Below are positions 39,001-64,000 of a stretch of DNA of 64,000 bases, piece after piece. This DNA comes from Phallusia mammillata. Lineage: Eukaryota. Below the pieces are notes generated by a model. The model had not been told where the DNA came from and did not search any database. It saw nothing but the letters and a program-made list of their open reading frames with translations. Made by a program: the position numbers and the translations under genes. The stretch is taken from NCBI GenBank assembly GCA_965637545.1, contig OZ281495.1:32674001-32738000 (forward strand), given 5' to 3'. Numbering within the stretch: the stretch's first letter is position 1; every line of letters starts with the position of its first letter.

Positions 39001-40053
39001 CCGACCCCAACTCTACCCCGAAGATACATTCGTCGTTTCACAAAAATCACAATCGAGTCTTGCGTCATCACTCAGTGACTTGACACAACACAACGAACGT
39101 GAGACAATTTCTCAATTTGAAAAAATACTTTGGTATTTGCACACTTCGAAAAACATGAGACTGAAAACTGAAGTCGTCCACCGTTTTTTTTGTGTTTAGA
39201 TAAATATATTTCACCTAAGTAATAGGCAATCATGTAACTTATTGAAATAGAACTTCTAAAAAACTTTTGGTATCTTTAAAAATCTATTTTCACTTTAGAT
39301 CAACAAAAATCCCAAACTCGACCACCGTTGGCTAATGGTGACGTCAAACATTTGGTAAGTATGACGTCAGTAGGAAGTATGCATCCAAATTTAATGTGGA
39401 GAAATTTTTAAACAGAAATCTGAAGTTTTATCCGAGGGAGACGAAAGTGCGACACATGGTGGTGATGTTCCCAACCAACAAGATCCACCAACGGGCGATG
39501 AAGAGGTAAAAACAATATTTGGGAACAGAAACATGTATTTAGTGGTGGGTTTCAATTTTTTTTTTTTGTCAGATATTTCTATCACAAAAGTCATATTTTT
39601 CAGCATGTTCTGTTACAAAAAGTCCATTGACAGTAACCAGTAATGCTAACCGGTTCGCTGATCTCATAAAATTTCGTGAGGCAGTTCTATAGAACCGATG
39701 CGAACTGACTGAATCCCACCACTGAAACATGTTTGCTCATCCAGTAAAACCAACCCCTCGACTACTTGGTGGCTAACATTAGGTTTAAACAAAACTAACA
39801 AACCTATTCTGCTCATTGACAGGAAACTCAATCCAACGTTGAACCTGATTCGGGCCGCTCTCAGTCACCAGATGGCGCTCATACTGATCCGTCTCAACAA
39901 GGAAGTAATGATGACACACAGGTACCACTATAGACATCATAAACATAGTTGCAGAGTCAAATAACATAAATGTTTATCTGATAGTTGGAGCGGGAAGGAA
40001 GTTTGTTGCAAACTATCTTGGATGAGGGGCAGACCACAGAAGATGAACCATAA
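6..40053 (+). CDS. Divergent dynein heavy chain-like protein, 5'-partial (N-terminal tail upstream of window), ~82 exons, ~4600 aa in window
   Basis: Phase-compatible exons follow DHC domain order. Linker: MRTRHW (2141-2273), RFPRFYFLS (5062-5230). AAA1: FDYGFEYQG..YVVTP (10082-11391). AAA2: GDAGCGKS (14484-14507), EWKDG, LPNNERL. AAA3: GPLGCGKS (16927-16950), MVDDLN, LWRHE. AAA4 (19254-21621). Stalk/MTBD: ELRSLQKP..W..FLDELMSFD (23553-23741). AAA5: RPPLLLDP. AAA6: FQRLLLIKTLRPDR, WALIHGLHL. C-domain: EVPLAW, WLGGL, EYPVY. Stop TAA at 40051-40053. Orthology unresolved, so no symbol given. Confidence 0.93.
541..952 (+). other. Probable GC-AG intron in the dynein-like gene
   Basis: CAG|GCGAGT donor joins in phase 0 to caacag|GAAGAA (RIQ-EESDR). 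No phase-compatible GT donor was seen before the stop at 613-615. Confidence 0.7.
1752..2035. mobile_element. hAT (Charlie/Buster-type) MITE
   Basis: TIR CAGTGATTCTTAACC / GGTTAAGAACCACTG; perfect 8-bp TSD tgttagac. Confidence 0.9.
2700..2930 (-). mobile_element. Penelope-like retroelement 3' fragment (family C): GIY-YIG C-terminal remnant plus minimal hammerhead
   Basis: Minus-strand translation YR*KQFLESWNIHQRGNTMNIKTDVMLSACYRHLLKD* (stop at 2814-2816), followed by CTGATAA..GACG/CGTC..GAAACGTC (2725-2780). Confidence 0.78.
3603..3796. mobile_element. hAT-type MITE
   Basis: TIR cagtgttttttttaaag / ccttaaaaaaaacctg; TSD gttatatc / gtcatatc. Confidence 0.75.
5345..5583. mobile_element. hAT MITE; second copy at 45667-45908
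   Basis: TIR CAGTGGTTCCCAAC / TTGGGAACCACTG; TSD atttaagc / atttaaac; internal homology to 45667-45908. Confidence 0.88.
6165..6346. mobile_element. hAT MITE, degenerate
   Basis: cagaagttggcaacc / ggttgcccacccctg; TSD cactgaaa / cactaaag. Confidence 0.7.
7748..7950 (+). mobile_element. hAT MITE family A (CAGTGGTGGGATTC) with an internal ~28-bp tandem duplication
   Basis: Homologous to 27907-28078, 29720-29905, 36604-36700, 39540-39724 and 44794-44940. Confidence 0.85.
8466..8751. mobile_element. hAT-type MITE with TAGGGATG termini
   Basis: TAGGGATG / CATCCCTA; perfect TSD attaatag. Confidence 0.85.
9826..10003 (+). mobile_element. Family C Penelope-like fragment with hammerhead (core at 9927-9962)
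   Basis: Reverse-complement match to 20998-21180; G>T at the base of stem II. Confidence 0.78.
13691..13885. mobile_element. hAT-type MITE
   Basis: Perfect 14-bp TIR CAGTGCCGGATTAA; perfect TSD ggcagaat. Confidence 0.92.
15266..15447 (+). mobile_element. tRNA-like-containing repeat, copy A (cloverleaf 15281-15353)
   Basis: A/B-box-like motifs, cloverleaf, T-run and shared tail ending ggcctggcgtactttgatt. Confidence 0.85.
19575..19750. mobile_element. Family D repeat, inverted pair of partial hammerheads
   Basis: Minus-strand 3' half at 19611-19645 and plus-strand degenerate copy at 19691-19743, tails pointing outward. Confidence 0.75.
20560..20960 (+). pseudogene. hAT transposase catalytic-domain fossil
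   Basis: Frameshifted translation RFSLTLDE..RNRLYLNV..RSLGMVRVNG..LVTKHLNDFG..GCVTDGAAVMVKFG..HQQ*FAHALDLAVCDVIYK. This matches the first two catalytic Asp motifs and the decayed CxxH of hAT transposases. Confidence 0.8.
20998..21230 (-). mobile_element. Family C Penelope-like fragment with the best-preserved short-stem-III hammerhead (21013-21075)
   Basis: NIKTDVMLPACYRQLLKD* then ttatttacc-CTGATGA-A-GGCG.CCT-GTAT-AGG.CGTC-GAAACGTC-ggaataa on the minus strand. Confidence 0.8.
24469..25008 (+). mobile_element. hAT (Charlie/SPIN-like) deletion derivative with an N-terminal transposase remnant
   Basis: TIR (c)ggggtggggaacct / aggttccccacccctg; perfect TSD gtttagaa; YRVFQKQWTDF/VELSDKPVCLVCC..KKSNLQR* at ~24767-24881. 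Confidence 0.88.
27370..27551. mobile_element. hAT MITE, degenerate
   Basis: cagaggtcggcaacc / ggttccaaccactg; TSD only partly retained. Confidence 0.6.
27907..28078 (-). mobile_element. hAT MITE family A
   Basis: TSD gatgtatt / gatgtact. Confidence 0.88.
28526..28795 (-). mobile_element. tRNA-like-containing repeat, copy B (cloverleaf 28613-28677, D-arm deletion)
   Basis: Shares leader and tail with copies D and F. Confidence 0.85.
29108..29410. mobile_element. hAT-type MITE; related copy in opposite orientation at 49155-49424
   Basis: cagagttcggagcgggc / gcccgcttacatctctg; perfect TSD cttcaaac. Confidence 0.85.
29720..29905 (+). mobile_element. hAT MITE family A, full length
   Basis: TIRs plus perfect TSD gttgtaat. 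Confidence 0.92.
30467..30785. mobile_element. hAT (Charlie-type) MITE
   Basis: CAGGAGTGGGCAACCT / AGGTTGCCCACCCCTG; GCGGCCCG subterminal repeats; perfect TSD ctttaaaa. Confidence 0.92.
33984..34128 (+). mobile_element. Family C Penelope-like fragment with hammerhead (core at 34021-34056)
   Basis: CTGATGAAGGCGACCTGTATAGGACGTCGAAACGTC plus the family tail (..ttgatattatgcctggcagcaatag). Confidence 0.8.
34895..35095 (+). mobile_element. tRNA-like-containing repeat, copy C (complete 73-nt cloverleaf 34938-35010)
   Basis: GCCTGTG/CACAGGC, GCTC/GAGC, GAGTC/GACTC and GTGGG/CCCAC stems are all perfect; TAGCTCAGTTGG and GGTTCGAATCC boxes. Confidence 0.9.
35418..35712 (+). mobile_element. tRNA-like-containing repeat, copy D (cloverleaf 35554-35620) with ~135-nt leader
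   Basis: Leader matches the reverse complement of 28680-28795 and 48960-49030. Confidence 0.88.
36604..36700 (+). mobile_element. hAT MITE family A, truncated
   Basis: 5' half matches 29720-29815. Confidence 0.85.
38030..38253. mobile_element. tRNA-like-containing repeat, copy E: ~80-bp near-perfect inverted tails around a half cloverleaf (38127-38175, minus)
   Basis: aatcatagtacgccaggcccattaaagg ... cctttaatgggcctggcgtactatgatt. Confidence 0.88.
39540..39724 (-). mobile_element. hAT MITE family A
   Basis: Reverse-complement homology to 29720-29905. Confidence 0.88.
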
Positions 40054-41401
40054 GCCTTTATCCTGTAGGTTGGTCTTTATCTTTTTAACCATATGCTTGC
40101 AATAATTCCAACATTTTACTTTGTTATGTAGGAAACAAGACATTCCATCTGATCTTATGCGACAATTTTGTGGAAAATTTCACTGTGATTTTTTGAAGTG
40201 TTTTAGTTTTATTGCATCCATCAAAATGGCACACTTTTTATTCCAAAATATTTTACCTGACTCTGTGCAAAACTGACAACAACAAAAAGTTTTTTACACT
40301 ATTGTCCACAACTACTGTGATGCATGTTCAGTAGTGCTCATTTTTAATTAAATTGTGTTACTTTACCTTGTTAGTGAACAGTTTACCTTATTGGTGCTCT
40401 GTATAATTTACCTGCTTTATATAAGTTTTTAACTCTACTGTGAAATTACAAACAATTGTACCTACCACCATTACTTTGCATTTTCTCATTATCTTCAACA
40501 TTCCAGCGTGGTTTGTTTCATGGTGTTCCTTTGATCTCTGCTTTAGATCTGTTTCAAAAAATTGTATGAATGATTTTGGGGTTGTGGAAATAAATAATTG
40601 TGTGAGGATTGTTTTGTCTATTCCATCAGTTTAAAGAAGTTTGATTTCAAGTATTATTGTCTTGAAATCAAGACTTGCAACAATGAATTCAAATTAATGT
40701 GAAGACCGGAACAGAATGCTTTTGCCAAAGCAGTCCAATGCACATTTCATATCTCAATACAAATGATTCTGGTTATTAGAAACTCTAAATTGCTTGTCTT
40801 ATTTACTTTTTATTAACCTGGATATTTTCTAAACAAATAATACCTACATTTTGGATTCATTATGCATAAACATGGAATTTTCTGGAAAAACTTTTGTAAT
40901 GCACTTGAAAATACATTGCTTACTTATACTCAACCTTGTCATTACAAACAAAAGACCAGAACTGTGAAGTGACAAAAACGTAGTACCTGATTTTCCATTG
41001 CATTGGTTTTTCGTTTCTAAATTTTGGATCCAAATAAAATCCAGAATCCAGATATATGCAAAATTCAATTGCATATTTAATCCCAAGACCTAAAAAACTG
41101 ATTTGCCTTCTATGGTTGAGTTGAGTAAATATATCTTCAAACTCCTCTGAGCAGTATGGCCCTGAAAACTAAGCGTTAATTGAGCTTTTTGTTAAAATTT
41201 AGAATTACTACTTCACAGAAACACAAAAGTTTAAAATTTGACCGGCGGGTCGCAGTACAATATGCCAATGTCAAATATCCTATGCGGCAGGGTTCGTGAT
41301 AAGTCATGCGTAACGCGCCGCGGTGTTTGTTGATACTTTCCAGTGTGCAAAACTTTGTATTAAACGGAATATTTTAGTTTTCAACAATTTTCACTGAAAA
41401 T

Positions 41402-43399
41402 ATGGACGAAAGCGAAGACAGACAACTCCTTGTGGTGATATTTGACGTCAACCCGGTTTGGTGGGGTTTAAAATCGTTACATGGAGAAGCTCAGATCACA
41501 AAATGTTTGGATGCTCTGCTGGTTTTTGTCAATTCGTTTCTGATGTTACGTCATGACAACCAACTTGCTATAATTGCAAGTCATTCAACCAAAAGGTAAG
41601 TGCCTATGTTTTATTAAATATAAAAGGAAATGTTCAAGACAGGAACTATTGTTTATATAAGTTAAAACATTGGCAGTATTAGATAGGCTTAAAGGAGTAG
41701 AATAGGGCCAATAATTTGTGTGATGTGTTACCCTACTTGTAGAATAAATTAGTCTTGTTGCCAGGCGTTTTTTATAAACTTTCCTTTTGTTGAAGCAGCA
41801 AATACAAACAAATCATTCGATGTTTTGATGTCTCATGCTTCTTGTAGAATGTTAGCAAAAGATCAAACGTTAATTAAGGTTGCAAACTATGGTTTAATAA
41901 TTTCTTTCTGCAGTGTGTTTCTCTACCCTTCCTCTTCGCAAGAAGGTGAACAATCTATCTCAATTAGTGACGGCAGATACGAACATTTCGCAAGAGTGGA
42001 TTCTTCAATAATTCAAGATTTCAGACAACTAATGGCAGATGGCTGTGAAGATAAGGATATTCGAAGTGACTCACTAATTGCTGGTTCAATGTCTACTGCC
42101 CTATGCTGTATCCTTTATATTGTTTACTGTGATGTAATAGAAGTGACTTTGTGAAGACAATAGCCTATTATTATTCGGTTTACATTGTATTGCATCCTTA
42201 ACCTGACAAACATCTCAGACATACACAGAATAATGCGAGAAGCAAAATCGAGACAAAAAATCAACCCGCGGATTTTGGTGGTAAAAGCTGCAGATGATGC
42301 CGCCGCTCAGTATATGAGTTTCATGAATGTGATATTTGCTGGTTAGCATCAACAGCAATTTTTCAACTTGTCTTTGCAAATTTGCAATTACATTGAACAG
42401 TTTGTGTATAAATTTGGGCATGATTTTGGTCAGAATATCAAGGCAGCTGGTAGTTGTTGAAAACCACATATTTAACAACTAAATTTTAGAACTTGTAGCA
42501 CATTAAAGTAACACCTTTGCTTTTTGGATAAACCCTGAAAGCCTACTCAACAAAACCAGATATGGGTAAAAATCTAGTCTCTTTCATTGACCAGTTATTA
42601 AATTGCAGCAATACTTTTTTATCCAAGGATTTGAGGTGATTTGTTCAAAATTATTTTTCTTTCAGCTCAAAAGGAGCATGTGGTGATAGATGCTTGTGTT
42701 CTTGGGCAAGACTCTGGACTTCTACAACAGGCTTGTGACATGACGGGTGGAATGTATTTGAAAGTCCCAACACAAGATGTGTTGCTGCAATATTTACTGG
42801 TGAATGTTAACATTATGAATATAAAAGCATAGAGCCAATACATGATAAGCTGCAGACAGTGCACACTGTTTCAACCTATAAGGTCTGCGTTGTGGCATCA
42901 AACAGGTTGGTGAGGCATGGCTTTTTCAGCTTGCTGTTCCCAACAAACTGGAGTGTCATAAGAGCTACATTTATAACAGTGTGCACTGTCTGCACCATAA
43001 TCTTAACATTGTTTTATTTGCCTAAAATTTTATGAACCAGAGTGTTAAAAAAGGATTCATTTATTCACATCCCGAAACAAATTCTTGCTACTTTTGTGAT
43101 TTTCTTTACAGACTGCATTCCTTTCTGAAGCTGAAGTTCGGAAATCCAGTTTCAACTTTTCACAAACAAACAGTTCTCGCGATGTTGATTACCGTGCAGC
43201 GTGTTTCTGCCACCGGAGTTTAGTTGACGTCGGCTTTGTGTGTTCTGTGTGTCTTTCAATATTTTGCCAATTCAGTCCTATCTGCTCAACATGTGAAACT
43301 GCTTTCAAACCACCACCGATGTCAGCAAAGAGCAGAAAAAAGCGACGCTTGCCTGCAGGACGATCTAATTCACCTTACACTGAAGGTGTATTGAAATGA
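41402..43399 (+). CDS. GTF2H3: General transcription factor IIH subunit 3 (p34), 310 aa; exons 41402-41595, 41914-42107, 42219-42341, 42666-42799, 43112-43399
   Basis: Spliced ORF of 933 nt with consistent phases. vWA-like N-terminus ([21 protein letters not shown]), [43 protein letters not shown], and C-terminal zinc finger [35 protein letters not shown]. Confidence 0.97.
42108..42218 (+). other. U12-type (minor spliceosome) GT-AG intron, GTF2H3 intron 2
   Basis: 5' splice site GTATCCTTT at 42108, branch site TCCTTAAC at 42195-42202, AG at 42217-42218, no polypyrimidine tract. Splicing restores ALC-Y-IHR. Confidence 0.92.
42815..42996. mobile_element. Family D repeat, inverted arrangement in GTF2H3 intron 4
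   Basis: Minus-strand hammerhead lacking CTGATGA (42849-42885), followed by a plus-strand spacer matching 47643-47720 and GTGTGCACTGTCTGCA. Confidence 0.75.
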
Positions 43400-43650
43400 T
43401 TGCTTGCCTAACATTTCTGTCTGCCTCATAATAGAGGGTCAAATGAATTTGTTTGTTTTTTTCATTGTGCACTTTTTCATTTATTAAACATTGCCACAGA
43501 AAGATCCCCGTTTTCAATTTTGTATTACTGATCAGGTTTTTAACAGAATGGTGAAATGCTTTCATTCCAAATGTTCGAACAGCATTTTGAGGCTAACATG
43601 TAAAAATTTATACTGCAGGCTTTTAGATCCATTTTTCAGTAAGACTAGAC

Positions 43651-44037
43651 CAGGGGTGGGGAACCTGCGGCCTTCGATGTCAGAATACAATTTTGGATGT
43701 TGAACACTGCCAAGAGACCAAGGTTCTACAATCTTACTTGTGTTGCGAAAAAACAATTGTTTGCGCATAATCGAATGTCTTAAACTCGTCTGTGATGTCG
43801 CAAGCTGCTCTTAGATTGATATTGATAAACAAGCGAGTTTCTACGTTAATAAAATCGTGAATGTTGTAGTGAGGGTGGAAATGTAGTGACGAATTTTATT
43901 TAGCTTGGATCAACCATTCTGTATGTCAAAAAGTTTGAATGCCACTGTCCTTTGCCTGAGAAATAGTCTGTGCGGCCTGAACGAGTGTCAATAAACCGTT
44001 TGGCGGCCTTCACAAACAAAAAGGTTCCCCACCCCTG
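43651..44037. mobile_element. hAT (Charlie-type) MITE just downstream of the GTF2H3 stop
   Basis: Perfect TIR CAGGGGTGGGGAACCT; perfect TSD gactagac. Confidence 0.93.
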
Positions 44038-44793
44038 GACTAGACTATGATTTTTGTTCCTAAAAATATGTCTATGAGCAATATTTCTCCGTAATCAAGC
44101 AAAGAGCAATACGCCATTTAATTTTTCCCGCTTCTGTAATTAAAATCAAGCTAGTTGTGAAATCACAGCCAAGAACTAATATCAAGAAATCCCAACCTGA
44201 CCTCACTAGCTACTGAACTTTGAACATCAACACACAAACCATTGAAATCTGCAGTCTACTGAATTTCATTGTTAACAAACAATAAGGAAACAAATGTAGG
44301 GAGTGCAAAGCGGCACATTTCGGGGGTCAGAGTGCGACACCGTGTGGAAGCGTCTATCGAAGATTGAAGTAAATTCTAAGTGCCTTCGCAAAATCTTAAC
44401 AGGTTCGTCGTTAGTCGATGGAACTTATAGAGAAAAGTTGTTAGGCAAAGTGGCGTTTAGAAACACTAAAATTCGAGGGAGTGTAACTTTGGTGCGTTAC
44501 CCTGGAAATCAATTAGCATGGACTGAAAAAGTGCTTTACGTCCATTTTAAAAATGTGTCATCGCAGAAATACCAACAAGCGCTCTTGTGCCATCGAGTGT
44601 TCGAAACTTCCTTATTCAGCTGGGTGGCGCTGGGGAGCAAGTATGGCAGCAACACGTGGGCGGAAATAGAATACTGAAGTCTGTTACGTATGTTGCAAGT
44701 TAAGTCGTTATTTGCTGGCAACACAGGGTACCGAATAAATGGAAATAAGTCACGTACGTAGGGGTGAATTCGAGGGGTAATAGGGTATTTTTG

Positions 44794-44940
44794 CAGTGGT
44801 GGGATTCACATTTTTGTCAGCCGGTTCTATCACAAAAGTCATATTTTTCAGTCGGTTCTGTTACAAAAATTCAATTGAGGGTAACCGGTAATGCCAACCG
44901 GTTCGCTGATCTCATAAAATTTCGTGAGACGGTTCTACTG
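44794..44940 (-). mobile_element. hAT MITE family A, truncated
   Basis: Homology to 27907-28078. Confidence 0.82.
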
Positions 44941-45578
44941 GACACTTATGCAGGTGTCGATGTAAAAAAAGCACCTCGCAACAAATTTCGGGTGCCAGGG
45001 GGGTTAAAAAGGGGATTCACCGGGAGATAGGGGGTTATGATGACTCTCTGTACACATGTACAAAACGAACGCAGTAAAGCGAAGAAAAAAAACACGAAAT
45101 AATTGGCATAAAATGTTTAAAACAGCGTCATCGATTAAACGCCGCCATGTACAAAAACGGGAAACGGGAAGTAAAATTTACAAGAACGCAGTAAAAGCGG
45201 GAAAAAGTTGTGATAAGAACAAGCAAAAAATAGAAGAGATAAAGTGTAGGAAAAGTGGAACTGAGTTTGTTGAAGAGGAACGACCCGCGGTTGGCGACTC
45301 TCATATCGGGAAAGATCCACACTTCCGCCTCGCAATATTTTTCAACGCGTGAACAATCGCAATTGTTTCAGACACAAATACCGGAATGTTTTCATTGTTT
45401 GAGGCGGTCCAGCCGCTCCACCCACACTCACACCGCACAATTACCGTGTCCGTACAAGAACGATACATAGAAACAACAAATTTGGCGTGTGTACCTTACA
45501 AAAACAATCGACACCTTCAACCTGACCGAAAGTAACCTCTCAAGCTCACTCTAAATGACCAAAAGTAACCTCTCAAGC

Positions 45579-63536
<17,958 letters not shown>

Positions 63537-64000
63537 CTAACACTATAAGAGACATGATGGTTAAGTAATAGTTTGATGCTTTTGTTGCTTCATAAGATTT
63601 TGTGTTTTTAGAAATGACATTCTTCTGATGGGGCTTCTTGTATGGGACGTCGAAACATTGATTGTTTGTAATAAAACCGCAAGCCATACATCTGGCAGGT
63701 ATATGTAAAAAACTATTGTCATAAATCCCAAAATGTGCAAGCACTTGAAATGCACATAAACTCACTTCAACACACAGCCTTTGCAAACTCACAGGTTCGT
63801 GCAGTTTTTTACAATAAACTTTTAGGGCAGTGGTTCTTTTAAATACCTCATAAAGGTGATTATTTAGTCACAAAGTGAAATATTTTTAATCAAAGTTGGC
63901 AAAAATCATCATCATAAAAATAACAGAGGGGGGTAAATTTGATTAAATTAAGTGGGAAACTATACTAAAATGGTTAAGAGCCATTGTTTTAGGGGATTTT

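Noticed and set aside
6-40053. Calling the dynein-like gene DNHD1 or a pseudogene
   Set aside because: Orthology needs a phylogeny. A pseudogene is unlikely because ~82 exons splice in frame without stops.
44303-45352. ORFs between GTF2H3 and CIC (44303-44677, 44764-45030, 45056-45352)
   Set aside because: No recognisable homology; one overlaps a MITE and the region is probably CIC 3' UTR or intergenic.

Overview
Eukaryotic, intron-rich, AT-rich animal DNA. Protein similarity, intron sizes and motif bias suggest an invertebrate chordate, probably an ascidian (inference). Three genes are present. (1) A 5'-partial, ~82-exon divergent dynein heavy chain-like gene on + (6-40053); every catalytic element of its AAA1 site is lost, and it has large low-complexity insertions and a ~220-aa C-terminal extension. 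(2) A complete 5-exon GTF2H3 (TFIIH p34) on + (41402-43399) with a U12-type intron. (3) A 5'-partial, 27-exon capicua (CIC) on - (45579-63536), convergent with GTF2H3. Introns carry many hAT MITEs with 8-bp TSDs and two transposase fossils. They also carry three small repeat families that look Penelope-dependent: a short-stem-III hammerhead attached to a GIY-YIG C-terminal remnant; a type I hammerhead repeat with a 273-nt tandem unit (retrozyme-like); and a ~350-bp circularly permuted repeat containing an internal tRNA-like cloverleaf with a Pol III terminator. The dynein exons are strongly enriched in TGACGTCA, including ETS-CRE composites. All exon models, counts and RNA folds were made by eye and need computational confirmation.
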